DNA of 64,000 nt from Oikopleura dioica (Eukaryota > Animalia > Chordata), in the NCBI GenBank assembly GCA_907165135.1, contig OU015567.1, forward strand, positions 1,674,001-1,738,000. The letters run 5' to 3'. Made by a program: the position numbers and the translations under genes. Positions 1 through 13,257 of the stretch are shown piece by piece; within the stretch, counting starts at the first letter, position 1; each line of letters starts with the position of its first letter. Under the pieces are notes generated by a model. That model worked only from the letters and a program-made list of their open reading frames with translations, did no database searches and had not been told where the DNA came from.

Positions 1-138
1 TCGTGAAAATTGTACGATTTTAAAAACTAAACATAATTTGTAGAAAGAATATTAACAGAACAATGCGTGACTGTACAAAGTTTGTAAAAATGACGATTTT
101 TTGAATAAATGACGATTTTTTGAATCTTTGGTTTTTAT

Positions 139-1915
139 TTAACAAATTATTGTTGGGCAGGAATCAATGCAAATTTCAATTGAGCAGGTCATTTCGTATG
201 CTTCTGCGCCGGATAATCCAAATGCTTTGAATTGAAAGGTTTTGTCGGAGGAAGAAAGGAGGTCAGAAGTCAGCTCGAAGTCGAGGTATTGGGAGGCAAG
301 GGCATTTGGGCAGTTGTTTTCGATGATTGGGAATGATGAGTCTATGTTTGTAGCACCTAAATTCAAAATAACTTTCTTGAAAAAGAAGGCATCTAATTGG
401 TATTTGACGAAAATTTTTTGTTTCTAAGTTTATCGAAAATAGAAATTTGACAAAAAATAATTCTGTTGAATAAAGTTCATATTATGAAAACAGCATTCTT
501 TTAATCCCATTCCACTTTTTTCAAAAACAATCAGATTGACTTTTTAGATGAACTTAATTTTCTGCCATAAACAGGATCGCGATTCAAGTCTACCGAATCA
601 CAATTGAATTTGGACAAAATAAACATAGCGGAAACAAATCTGTTCCTGTGGAAGTTTTTTCGCAATTCTTGCGCGTTTTTCAAGAAAAGAAAACAGTATC
701 TTACCAACAGAGCAGTCAGAAATGTAAAACTGAAATGGCGCCTCGTCGAGTCCTGTTTCGCTGAAATCATAGAGGACTGATCCATAAATAGTCGAGCCGA
801 TAATGAAGACGTCGTGTTTTGGCCCAACGCCCATGAGATCCAGTGCAAATGACCCGCTTAGATCTCCCGTTTCTGTCGACGAAATCGTTTCCTCAAATTT
901 CTCTAGCTCAAATTTCTCAAGAAAAGCAAACCTTTTCTTCATTTTCCATTTGAAAAGTCTTGAACATGAATGACTTAATTACAGTTTTCGCGTATTCACA
1001 TCTGATAAAAAGCTCTTCATCATGCTTCGCTTCGTTGGAGAGGTGAATGGAAGATTCAAGGATTAGACTTTCGGACTCTTCGGCGAAGGAAATTCCACAG
1101 ATGTTGAGGTCGTGAACGGATAGCTCGATTCTTACGAAATTTCTTTTGATGAGTTTTCAAAAAAATATTTTCAAACTAACCAAGATAGCAGACTACCAAA
1201 GTGCAGTAAGATGCAATTACAATTTACTCAAAATTATTGAAAAATATCAAAGCTTATCAGAAGAAAAACATCAAAATGCCATTATAAACGCGGTTATTAT
1301 GGTTTCTATTCAGAAAAAAAAACGAAAAAAATATCTTTAAAAACTCGTTCCTTTGATCTTCAAAATGCATTTCCATCTTCGAAAACTCAAGCAAGCAGTC
1401 TCCCGCGCTCAACTTCGCCCCTTCCCCTTCCTCATTAGCATGGTCGAAGATGCACTCATCGATTTCAATTCTAACACCACTTGCCAAGCAGCTATGCTCA
1501 ATTTTTTCTTCGAAAATGTCGCTCTCAAGAAAGCATCCCTTCGATGGATGAAAGTCCCAGCAAGAGCCGGGGCAGTTGGATTTTCTGACGAAGGAAAGAA
1601 GATTTTCTTGCATCGCGATTTCGGAAGATTCGATGATGGTGTTTTGGTTGAAGTCAAAGGCGGGAGTGGAGTTGAAGATTTCGAGCATGTTTTCTGGCAG
1701 AATCCAGTCACCTGAAAATCAATCGAATAAAAAATGACAAAAATCTTCCGTAAAAATTTCTTACCTACTGAAGGATCATCAATAAACATGACCAATTCTT
1801 CTCTGTTGATCACAAAATTATCTCCAAGAATCAAACTGTCCCAGTCAACAGGTTGAATTACTGAAGCTTGCAAGACTTCACAGCTCATAAAAAGCAAAAA
1901 CACCGAATTTTTCAT
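139..1915 (-). CDS. Secreted ZP (zona pellucida)-domain protein, multi-exon
   Basis: Signal peptide MKNSVFLLFMSCEVLQA. Later exons give ZP-type segments HSCLASGVRIEIDEC, LSVHDLNICG, FQFYISDCSV and IIENNCP...FQFKAF...MTCSIEICIDSCP. Confidence 0.75.
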
Positions 1916-2238
1916 TTTTCGATTCGTTCTTTTTTAAATTTGAAAAACTGAAGTTTTGTATCTTGGAGAAAATGGGGTCAGTTATATATGGCCGGGCACT
2001 TGGGGGAAGGAAATTACAAGATAGATTTTCTGATAAGTGGTTGCGCCTTGAAACATCGGCGAAATTTCGGAGATGAAACAAGGTGGAAGGTTTCAATAGG
2101 AAGTAGTTTTACGGACTTCTGGGTTTAGCGGGCGCCGACATCGGCGATATGCTAATGAGTTGGAAAGATATCCTTCGAAAAACCTGATCAAATGAATGAA
2201 TTGATTTCGACTAAAAACAAGAAGAGCACTTAAAAATT

Positions 2239-2795
2239 GGGACTCCCTGACTATGTCGTGAATGTCGTGAATGTCGTGAATGTCGCGAATGTCGTGAATG
2301 TCGTGAATTTCGAGGCGAAAAAATGACCAAGTTGAAAACAACTTTGTTCTAGAAAATGAGTATCGTCGTTATCGTGCAGAACAGGAGGCGCGAAAATACC
2401 ACTAGATGTGTTACCACTCCGATCAAGGAGTTTTCTACCAGAAACTGCGCGGAGCGCTTCTTTATCCCATACTTATATATTTTTTCTGTTAATACTCAGG
2501 TTAGAGAGGTTAACCCGTTAACAGGGGCGTGCAGGTTTGACCTGCACGCGTGGAAACGGGTAGCAAATCACTACTCAGGATCCATGATTTCAGTCAATCA
2601 CAGACAGGCAAAAGCGTAGGCAAAATTGACCACCCTGTTAAAGGGTTAATCGGTGAAAAAAAAATTATTTTCGATAATCCGATGAATTTGTTGTTTTTTT
2701 CTAGAACATTTTTTTTTGCTTTTTTGGCAACGGCATTCACGACATTCGCGACATTCACGACATTCACGACATTCACGACATAGTCAGGGCGTGCC
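2239..2795. mobile_element. 557-bp MITE with GG termini, 8-bp TSD and tandem 9-mers in the arms (Merlin-like)
   Basis: Left end GGGACTCCCTGACTA(TGTCGTGAA)n is inverted at the right end ...CATAGTCAGGGCGTGCC. TAAAAATT is duplicated at 2231-2238 and 2796-2803. Confidence 0.85.
2514..2645. mobile_element. 132-bp piggyBac-type MITE nested in the element above
   Basis: TTAA|CCCGTTAACAGGG ... CCCTGTTAAAGGG|TTAA: 12/13 TIR match, TTAA on both sides and CCC...GGG termini. Confidence 0.75.
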
Positions 2796-3932
2796 TAAAA
2801 ATTAACAGAAAGATGTTCTGACTCCCTAACCTCCCTTTGGCAAACAAATCTTATTAAAAAAAAATATCAGGTCTAGCTTGTTCAACGGCAAACAAGTTCC
2901 ATCTTGCATCAGAGTTACCGTCCTTACGCAACGATGACAAGTCCCGCAGATCATCGTTAAAAATGCTTTTCTGTTCATTTTTACGATGATTTGAGCTCAA
3001 CTAGGGAAGTGGGACGGGCAGACGAGTGACCTTATTTTGATCAATCCGTGCCAAGTCTAATAAAAAGCTGTTTTCAATACCGTGACCTCACTAGACCCGT
3101 GGTCAGACCGAACCAGTTTATTTGGGCGTTGCCGTTGCTGATTGGCCCCTGCCACTTTTTCTAATTCTACTTATTGATCTCCTTGGGCACACCTATCCCA
3201 GATCAGAAAAAAAATTGAAACTTTTTCATCAAGAAACTTTTCAAAAAAAACTTTAACACGTGACAGAAATATGGGTCGAAAGGGGGGCCTTAATATCTTT
3301 TCAGACTTTCCCGCTTAGAAAGCAAAATAAAAAACATCACAACAAGAAAAAGAAATGCCGAAGCCAACTGCGAATTCCTGCTCCGGAATCTTTGGTAAAT
3401 ACTTATTCTGTCAGATACATAAATACTCCCTAAATTCAGATGCTTGCCGAACCTCTGGATCATCCTCTTCCAGTGATTGCAAAAAATACAAAGAAAGCTG
3501 CTCCAAGTACGTGAATTTCAAGCGAATCTTCCCCTCCGAGTACGCCCCATCTACCAAAAGCGATTTCCTGATGAAGCAATGATGACCAAGAAGAAACGAT
3601 TTTCCTTCGACAAATTGATCCATTCGTCCATTGTTTTAGTATGACTGTAGTTGAACCGGCCTGTCTGAATCAAATAAAGAGATTACCTTTATCCTTGTTT
3701 CTTTGTGCACTGCCACCTCGACTTCGATAGGTTCAAGTGCTTTTCGAGGTTATTTTTGAGATCGTTCAACTGAATCTTCAACCAACCGTTTCATCAATCG
3801 CCCGAATCGCCACAAATTTTTGCTCCAAACAGGTGATCCGAAACGGCATGCTCCAGAAAACTCACTGGCCCGTAAAAGCAGTGCATATTTAACCTGCCTT
3901 GGAAATGAACACTTTTGCATTTCGAAATTTCA

Positions 3933-5041
3933 ATGAAGCTCTTTTCAACCCTTTTTCCTGCCGCCGCTCTCGCTTCCTGCCCGACCAAGTGGACTTTAGA
4001 TGCATCAACCAGCAACTGCGTCCCCGATGGAGCTTTTGCATTCACCTGTAACGGCGATGGAACTGTGGATTTGACTCTAGAGATTGAGCACTTCTACACG
4101 AATATTCCAGCAGACACGACAACTCTGGTTGCCGGGCTAGTAAACGATGGATGGACACAAGACTCAAATGAACGGGGATGACAATTTTTCTAGTTTCAAC
4201 AAAATTTTTGACGGTTAAGGCATATCATCTCTATTACAGTTATTTAAAATAACGTCGGCTCCGCTTACCTTCTCTCAAGCAGCTGCACAAACGATCACAG
4301 GAAAGGTTCAAAGAGAAATCGGCTTAAAAATATATCTTTTGTATTAATCTTGAACCTCTTGATAAGGAACCTACACGGTTTCCACTTCTGTTGCTGGAGA
4401 AACAACTTGGACTTCCGGATCTTCTGTTACCATTGTTACGGCTGATGCAGGACCGATATCTTACGATGTCACGTGTGAGTTCTCCACTGCAGTCAGTCTT
4501 CAACTTGGACAAATAGCGATTGGCGATGGCAATACTTATGATGGAAATGATGACACGACCGACTTGACCTTCACCTCTTTGCTAGAAAAAGTTGACGCGG
4601 CGACAGGTTATTGGAAATGTAGTAATTTATTGATAATCTTATCTTGAAGGGACCGCAACAGCAGCAACTTCGTGGAGCATCGGAGAAACAGTCAAGCTAA
4701 CACTCACGCCCCCAGCTGCCCTAACCGATGTCATTATCAGTATCGAAAGCTGCCTCGCCTACTCTGACTCTGCTTACTCCGCCGATGAAATTTACATCAC
4801 GCACGGAACTTGCTCAAACGCCAACATAGGCGCAGCCATTGTCGATCAATCCAGCATCATAAGTTTCGAAGCCTTTCAATATGATAGCGCAGCTAGTGAA
4901 TACGCCTACATCGAGTGCAACCTCCAAGTCTGCCTTTCTAGCGATGGATCAACAGCGGATCTGGCCGCATGTGGTGATATTATTACAGCGAATGAGGCTT
5001 CTGCGTCTGCCGATGCTTCGACAAACGGCCTTACTTGCTAA
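3933..5041 (+). CDS. Secreted ZP-domain protein, multi-exon
   Basis: Signal peptide MKLFSTLFPAAALA, then FTCNGDGTVDLTL, YDVTCEF, IISIESCLA and ISFEAFQY...YIECNLQVC, typical of ZP-N/ZP-C. Stop TAA at 5039-5041. Confidence 0.75.
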
Positions 5042-5281
5042 ACTGATGTTTTTTAAGAAAAAAACTGCTTTTTTTCTCCTTTTATTCATAAATAAATATA
5101 ATCAAAAATACAATAAAATGGACTAAATGGGAAAGACGGAAATTTCCAAAATTCATGACGATATAGAATTATTCGCATATTCGTTCCACCTCAAGAAGCT
5201 TCGACTTCGTTTAGAGACATCTCTTGTTCATAAACAGAACGTCTTTCAACTGAAGAGGATTATTTTCTTTTATTTGGAATA

Positions 5282-6700
5282 ATGAAGAAACGAGATTTTT
5301 GGATTACGGTCGCTACAATTATCATCTTCCTAGGTAATATAATTTACTAAAAATCTGCCGCGACTGTATTTATAATTAAAGCTGCTGGTCTCACGATCGT
5401 TGATCAGTTTTTCCCGTTTTCTTCACTTTTTGAAAATAAAGAATTCATGGATCACGTTACAGGTAGTGAAGTAAAGACTGTTCAGACCATTTTTTTCTTT
5501 GTTTTTTTCAGAAAATCATCCTCTTTCGAAAAGAGCCTTGACCCAAATAGAATTGACCGACTACTGCGCCTCGAACAATCTCAGCATTCCGTATGTCCGA
5601 GAAAAGGACGATTTTGAAATGCTGATCTTTGCTTGGCGTCCCTGTACCTTTCATATGATCAACAGAATCGAAGCGTTGGGGCAGTCAAATTACCGAATTT
5701 TTTTTCCGAATGGCGAGCCCATCAAACAGTTAGAATTTATTCAGAACAAATCTTCCCCCTAAAATTTCTTTCAGTGATTTTTTTGAGAAAGTAAGTGTCT
5801 CAACAAACTTCGACCCAGTTCAAGACACAGATGATGTTTATAAGAGTCATCGTTTGGAAGTACTTCACTTTGAAAAAGAAGATGAGAGCAATTTATTCAA
5901 ACTTTCTCGCGAGTTTACATTTAGCGATGCTTATGCTTACATCAGTTATGCTCGAATATGCAAGGCTAACGGAAAGAAAATTGTCCGAACTCTCGGGAAA
6001 GACGATAAAATCAAAGAATACTCGAAGTATTACGCAGTCAATCACCAAAATAGTACCTTCATCTTTTACATTTACAGGTAAAAATTGAACGATGAAATTT
6101 AAAGAATAGGAAATTAAAAAAATTAAGACTAATGGATGCGAATGAAACCCAGACTTGCTCATCCGACTTTATTTTTTCTCCGAAAAATCCCGAAGACCTC
6201 CAAATCCTCAAGAAAATCTTCAATCATATTGATTTCCAAGCGCTTGGTGTCTACGAGGTTCGGCTCTTTTTTACTACTTCAATTCTAATTCTGTTTTAGA
6301 GATACAGACACACGCTTATTTTCGACATTGAAAAAGTGAATCAAACTCATTTTCATTCGCGACGTCAAAATAAAACGCTCGACTACTCCTTTTTTGAAAA
6401 TACCGGCTTGATGGATCGCTTGAATGTCAAATTTGAAGACAAGGAAGACTACGACTCTGTTCTTTTTGGAAAAGAAGTTGACACGCCTACAGACTATTAT
6501 CTCCACCTTGGCCAAAGGTACTTGTTCTTCTTTCTTTTCTTTGAATTTTAAGCTCGCGAAAATTGCGCGAGTTTTGTTTTCCTCCGCTTGATGAGCCCGC
6601 TCGCTTTCCCTGGATCTACGAGGGCCTAAACGAAATGGAGAAAAAAGAAGCAAAAGATAAAGTAAACGACAGACCAACTATTGAAGCTGATCGTGAATGA
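5282..6700 (+). CDS. Uncharacterised multi-exon gene with an N-terminal hydrophobic segment; weak C-type-lectin-like stretch
   Basis: Chain of open frames separated by short AT-rich introns (LTDYCASNNLSIP; FTFSDAYAYISYARIC). Boundaries are approximate. Confidence 0.35.
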
Positions 6701-6838
6701 TTGAATAAATTGTCGATGAAACAGATCTATTCTGTCAATAAAAACTCGCAAAAAAAAATTACCCATGATTCATTATTTATCTTATTTTGCACCAGGAAAT
6801 CAACATTGGCGCTTGAGTTCGTTTGTGCACCGATTTAA

Positions 6839-7664
6839 GGGTGTCAACAACGATCGAATAAGGGTCTCTCTTATGATTCGACCAATAAATATCTTTTTAT
6901 TCAGCTTACAAGGATTCCAAATCTTTTTCAGATCTGAAATATCTCATCTAGAACACGAGATATGAAACATTCTATAGGCGCGCTAATGCACTAGCGCTTG
7001 AGCTACTGAAGTAGAAATGCACTATTAGAAAGGTGATTTTTTAATTTCCGGTTTTATACATCAAACTATATATTAAAAAAATCTCTATTCGCTGATACCA
7101 ATATTGATAAGATCAGGCAATTTTTTCAAGTTCGAACTGCGCGCCAAAAGTCGCAAACACCTGCTCTTTGGCGCCGGAAAAGATGATTAAGGGATTAATC
7201 AGCATACAATCTGAGCGCACCGGGTGATTGCCGAGGTATTAAACTATTATCCCTGTGAAAATACGAATATTCGAGCTTTAGAAACACCACTTAAATCGAG
7301 CACAAAAAATCGGAAAATCGTATGTTTACATAATGCATGCTGTCCGGATGCATGCATGCAAAATCGAAAAAAGGGCTTTCAGAGGCGTCGTACTTTTGTC
7401 TGAAGATTCTTCACTGAAAATTTCAGATTCACATCTCATCTAGAATTCTAGTAACGGGGGTCAAAAGTTACCCCTATTTTGTATAAAACGGGCTTCCTTT
7501 GAAGTCGGCGGGAGGATTAACGAGAGTACTAATCCAAAATCGGGCTTTCAGAGGCGTCACAAAAGGGTTTAAACTTTCTTTTGACATATGAAGAATCTTG
7601 AACAACCCAACTTAAGGTACCTCTACCGGGGTCAAAAGTTGGCCGAAAATCGTTGTTGACACCC
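6839..7664. mobile_element. 826-bp non-autonomous DNA transposon, Kolobok-like
   Basis: TTAA|GGGTGTCAACAACGAT ... ATCGTTGTTGACACCC|TTAA: perfect 16-bp TIR, TTAA TSD and RR...YY termini. Internal direct repeats GGGCTTTCAGAGGCGTC and GGGGTCAAAAGTT each occur twice. Confidence 0.85.
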
Positions 7665-7726
7665 TTAACCCTTGATTTTTTTTTCAAAAATTGCAAAGAA
7701 AAAAAATAAACAAAAAGAAAGAGAAG

Positions 7727-8420
7727 ATGCAACGACTAAAGAATATTTTCTCCGCCATGGTCACTCCAGGTTTATTTCTATTGAAAGTTCGTTTTTTTTC
7801 AAAAAAAAATTAAGCACAGTCTGTTGAAATGGACCCCTCAATTTTCTTCGGCTCAAAGTGGTGGACAATCAATGATAATGTCATGGGAGGCGTCAGGTAA
7901 ACTCATCAACGCATACCAGCTTTCTTTTTCACTTCTTTCTTTTTAGCACAGGAAAAGTGGAGAAAATAGACGAGATGCTAAAATTCACCGGACAATTGTC
8001 GAACGATTTCAACGGCGGATTCGCGAGCTGTCGGACGAAATTCAAGGCCGGGACAATGAAAGGTTTCAAAGGGATTGAAGTCGAAGTCAAAGGATCCGCA
8101 CGAACTTTCCAAGCCAGATTCAATCCTGCTTTTTCGACTCAACTCGGTCGATACTCGCGGGTAAGCAAACGATAGAAACAAATATGGCCTCGCAATCCTT
8201 GCATTAGGGTTCGTACATGACGACTTTTGACGTGACTGAAGAATGGCAGCTCATCCGAATTCCGTTCGAAAAGACCACTTTCGACTGGAAGGGCCATCAG
8301 ATCAAGGACGTACCGAAAATAAAACCTGAAACTCTTGTCGGATGCGGTTTTCTACTCTACGATCAAATTTACGACAAACCATTTGAATTGTACTGCAAAA
8401 ACATGAAGGGATACAAATAA
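7727..8420 (+). CDS. CIA30/NDUFAF1-family protein (complex I intermediate-associated protein 30 domain)
   Basis: Family motifs WWTINDNVMGGVS, FTGQLSNDFNGGFASCR, VKGSARTF and WQLIRIPF across 4 exons. Confidence 0.85.
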
Positions 8421-8579
8421 AGAAATTCATTTATCACGTGTTATTTCCTTTTGCTGAATACGAAAAGAGACAAAAGTTTGAAGTGAAAACTCTACGCGGA
8501 GACTAAACTATAAATCAAAAATCCTTACTCTTGTCTTCTCGCTTTTGATGATAGTTTCCAATAACCCAGTTCTAGAGAT

Positions 8580-10643
8580 ATGACGGAAAACATCGAAGGA
8601 AAGGGTCAAAAATGATAAAAAGGAGGAAAAGGAAGAAAATCGTAGTTCAAGAGAAAAGAATGATCGCTTGAAAAGATTCTAATGATTATGCTGCTCAGCT
8701 GATGGCAAATTTATTTTCCAAACACGCGAGAAAGGGAGACATCGAAGTGCCAAAATTCGATGAATTTTTGGACGAAAAACCTTCTGATGGGAAAATTCAA
8801 ATAGAAATTCGTCGACCAAGGCTCTCTTAAAAATATTTTCCTCATTGATTTAATGGAGTCTAAAAGGTCCTCAATAAGGAGCCTTATTTAACAGAGGCAA
8901 TAAGGAAACAGAATTCGTCGATGCAAAGATGCCTAAAGTCTTGCTTTTCCAATCTTGCCCCTTTTTTCTTTTTTTAAAGAAAAGATTTATAAGGGGTAAA
9001 GCCAAAGGTAGTTATCGCTACTTTTAGCCCGGGTTGATAATATTTAAAAAGTAAGAGGGCGGAAACAGGATATGTCCGTTTTTAATAAAGAGAACAAAGC
9101 GTTGATTGATAATTTGAGAAACAGTCTGTCATCGAGAAAGTCAGGGATTGGGCGAAGTGATAAGGGTGTCATCTCGTGAAAAAAACAATAATTCTAGCGA
9201 GGAAAATGCCATTTTTTAATGTCAGTAGAGAGAAAATCAACGAGATCGAAAAGTTCAGCGTCCAAGTAAGAGCTTCTTTTTTATGAGTTGACACCCTTAT
9301 TGCCAGAAAAATGTCCCGGATTCGAGAGCTTCTCGGGCCGAAAAAATGGCAGAGCTGAGGTCAAAAGTCATGAGCGGGGGATATGGAAAAGCCCCTCAAG
9401 AAGACTATTCCAACAAGAATTCTAGAGAGAATATTTCTTCACCCGAATCATCAGATACCGAGACAGAAAACGAAGAGCTCGAAGAAAAAACTGACCCAGG
9501 TAAGATCACAAATCATCATAACAGGGACCTTCAACAGCTTTAACGACCCTGTACTTCTTAGCAAGTTCTCCTTTCTACTTTTCACATCGTTTTTTAGTTT
9601 TGAAAAATGACGAGATCGAGCAGAAGGAGCAGCTTGAACAAAATTCTAGCGAGAAAACTAGGCTGCACGGTTCAAGAATTGACCAACGAAAGATTTGATG
9701 ATAGAAGCCATTTGAAAATAGTTTCAACGAGAAAATAAATTTGCAAAAAATGGACTTTTATCATCATCAAAAATAAAGTCCTGAGGAAATCCCAAAGACA
9801 CCTTCTCCCGAACCAGCGCCTGAACCGATCATTGAGCCAGAACCAGCGCCAGAACCAGAACCAGTCTTTGAACCAGTTAGAGAACCAGAAGAACCAAGGA
9901 GAGCAGTCATTGCTCCTCCGAAGCCTCCCTCTCCTACGCCCCTGAAATCCGATAAAATAGAGCTACCGCCAAATCCAGCAGGGCTTGAAAACTCACAAAT
10001 AGCTGACGAAGCAATAACTTGCAGTGGATTCTTGAGCGAAAGTGTCCCCTGGTAAGTATTTTTATTTTCGATCAAGTTCAACTTTCGTCAAGCTTTCCTT
10101 ACTACGCGCGTCTGAACTCCGATAAATGCTGGGTATCCGATCAAGCTCCCGGTTCAAAAACTTTTCTTCAAATCGACCTTGGCTCTGATAAGTCGATTTC
10201 ACATGTCGCTACTCAGGGTCAAGCACCGCACATGCAAGGATTGCAAAATACAGTCAATCGATGGGTTACAGCTTTTTATGTTCAATACTCCAACGATGGG
10301 CAGAAGTGGAAATTGTACAAGGCAAGGCTGGAAAGACAGTACATGACGACTTTTGTTGGGAATAGTGAGCACAGGTAAATATCAACGTCTTCAAATAATT
10401 TGAGACTTTTCCAAATCATTAAAAACGGAATTTATGTTTGTTTATCAACAAAAAACCCCACAGAAATCATTTCCGTTATGCGAAACACCCATATTTATGG
10501 TCTCTAGAAAACATTCTTCTACTAGTGATATCAAAATCAACACATTCCAGCCGCCAATTGAATCTCGTTTCATCCGAATCGTCCCTACAAAGACCTTCAG
10601 AAACCTTCCCGCTGCCCTCCGCTGTGAATTGTATTTATCGTGA
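8580..10643 (+). CDS. Protein with a charged/Pro-Glu-rich region and a C-terminal F5/8 type C (discoidin) domain
   Basis: ARLNSDKCW...FLQIDLG...VATQG...WVTAFYVQYSNDGQKW...FVGN...FQPPIESRFIRIVP...LRCELY. The start is uncertain. Confidence 0.75.
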
Positions 10644-10735
10644 AAATTATTTGTTTACTCATGTGGAAATTTGTTTGCAGACCTTTTGAGAAACTCAAAT
10701 TATGAACTGTAAAAAGAGGAAATAAAAGCAAAAAT

Positions 10736-12984
10736 ATGCGAAGAGTTTTCGTTTTGTTTTTCGTACTTTTTTCCAATGCAAAAGAGATAAACCAGACAGA
10801 AGTCAATGTTGCTCGTGATGCTGTGCAAAGAAGGCCAGAGCTGAATATTGACCTTGAATGTGAGGAAATCAACGAAGAAGAAGAGACGGTAACAGACTCA
10901 GAAGGAGTGGCTGTGAGACTCAATCTCAGATGCTTTTCGAAGGGTTTTAATATGACAAGCGAAAACAAACAGGTCCTTGGAAATATTCTTGAAAATCTTA
11001 ACGAATTGAAAAACTCGACGGGGGAAAACTCAACGATTTCTGACTTGAAAATTTCAAAAGAAATTTTGAATGAAAGAATTCAAGAATTTCAAACATTGAG
11101 CCGGGAAGAGAAAGTCGAAAAACTTGCGAATATGTGCTGGAAAATGCTTGTCTCCTACTCCGAATTGCCAAGGCAAATTCGACATGCGCAGGCGAAAAGA
11201 TGTCATCGATGTCGAAATTTCATCAAAATTTACAAGGAAAAGCAAGATCTCAAGCACTTTGCATCCATTCCACGCTGTCCGTCATTGCAACGGACTTTTG
11301 GCGCGAAAAATCTCCGGCGAGAGCAGTCGAAGTCAACTTCAGATTCAGAAGGAATTGTTGGGCGAGGACCGAGGCCGAAATGGGTTCCTACAACCACAAC
11401 AACAACGACTGAAAAAAGTTCTTGGGGAACATCAACTATTTCAACAACAACCACCACAAGAACAGAGCAGAAACTGTCAACAAAGTCAACAAAGATGATA
11501 AGAAAAACCTCCCCAACCTTCAGACCAACAAGCAGAACGACCGGAAAGCCAACAACAACCACAAGCAAACGAACCACTATTTCCACGACAACAACGACAA
11601 CTTCAACAGCCACGACAACAACAACCATACAAACAACCAAAACAACGACCACAACAACGACCACAACGACGACCACAACAAGTTCACCAAATGATGATTC
11701 AGAAGGCTTCTTTGACTATTTCTCGTCAGATTCAAGTAGTTATCGAGGCCGAAGTTTGCATGATATGGATAATGAATGCGAGCAATTATCATCTTTTATG
11801 ACAGATTCTGTTTGGCTGACCTGGGTATGTTTTGAAAATGAATAGATAAGAAGATTTCTAGTAGAGCTCTTGTGATAAAAAATGCAATGGTGGTGTTCGA
11901 ACTCGGCAGAGATGCAAGAATGGGGAAGTAGAGGAAATATACGGTAAGAAAAAATGATCAAATTAGACAAAAATGATTTAAGACTTTGAACAATGCAACT
12001 CGGAGCCATGCAAAGTTCCTGATATCGGTTGGTCTATGGCGCTAGAAAATGGAGATCATGGAAGAATCGTGATGATAAATCATTCTTACCGAAAAGTCGG
12101 GACTCTGTGCAAAAACTCAAATGATCGACGAATCAGATCTATTCATGCGGACGATCTTTGGTAAGAACTTTTCGGATAAATCTTGAAATTTTGGATTCTA
12201 AGCAAGGAAATGGGCTTCAAGGGATCAAAAAGCCGCCGAGAATACTTTGGAGCTGCTTTGCAAATGATCTCAAAACTCGATTCTTCTAAAATTCATCGTC
12301 TTCCTTTCTTGGCAAATGGATACGCTAAAGAGAGCTTCAATCAAATCTACCAGCTCAGAAAGTCTGACCGAGCTTTTAGAGATATAAAAGAGGGCGAACT
12401 TGGCTGCATAATGGGAAAAACTGATGTGATTCTCAGCTGCGAAAAGGTCGATGATAGAGTGAGTAGAAGGTTCGACGAGGCAAGTTGGTCAGAATGGACA
12501 GCTTGGGGAACTTGTGAGAATGATTCTAGAAGTAGATACAGGTAAGTCATTTTAAAAATCATAAAATCAGAATAAATTTTTCACAAGGGAAGATTTTCAA
12601 TCACGTAGTTGTGATAATAACTTTCTATATTTTCTAACCCATCGCATTTTGGTGTTCGTAGGTTTTAATTTTTAATGTCTTAGAATTTGCCGCGATGAAA
12701 ATAAACTTCCTGCAAGATCACAAATTGCAAGAACCCTCCACAAATGCCCAATCTCTCAACTCTCCGATTTCTACGAAGAAGAATCCTGCGAGAGCCCAAA
12801 AAGCCTGTTCGACTTCAGCCTCTATGATTTCTCCCAATACGAAAACCTCGATTATTACTCCAGCTCATATTCCTCAAGCTACGAAATGTCCGAACTGACA
12901 GTTGACGAAAGTGACTACAACTACGAAACTGTCAAAGTTCAGCGAAAAGTCCAAAAGACCACAATCACTCGAACGAACGAATAA
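10736..12984 (+). CDS. Secreted Thr-rich (mucin-like) protein with two TSP1 repeats
   Basis: Signal peptide and poly-Thr tract at about 11390-11680. Spliced WLTW|SSCDKKCNGGVRTRQRC and WSEWTAWGTCENDSRSRYR are TSP1 signatures. Confidence 0.75.
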
Positions 12985-13257
12985 ACTCAATGAACCTTTT
13001 CTCAAATGTTTTATAATTCACTTGCAGGTTAAATTGATTATTTCGGCTCTTAAAAACGTCGGACGTTTCAGGCGCAAAAAGCGTGATCAACATTCGAAAT
13101 GCAATGATTCAATTGCGGGTAATCATAGTCGGTAGACGCGGCGGAAATGCGCTGACATTTAACCTGGCGCTTTAAAATCAAAAGGGAGGCTTAGTGAAAG
13201 CCAATTATCTTGATACACAAGATAAGGCAATAAACGCGTTTTATAGAGAGAGTGGAC

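Noticed and set aside
2252-2308. 9-bp tandem repeats and the 'DIHDIH' and 'NVVNVV' ORFs as CRISPR or protein repeats
   Set aside because: There are no spacers; they are the arms of the MITE at 2239-2795.
3330-3800. Possible small minus-strand gene
   Set aside because: Several frames are partly open, but there is no consistent spliced model or recognisable motif.
11230-11676. Poly-Val ORFs (also 19217-19540)
   Set aside because: They are antisense shadows of ACA/ACC-rich Thr tracts.
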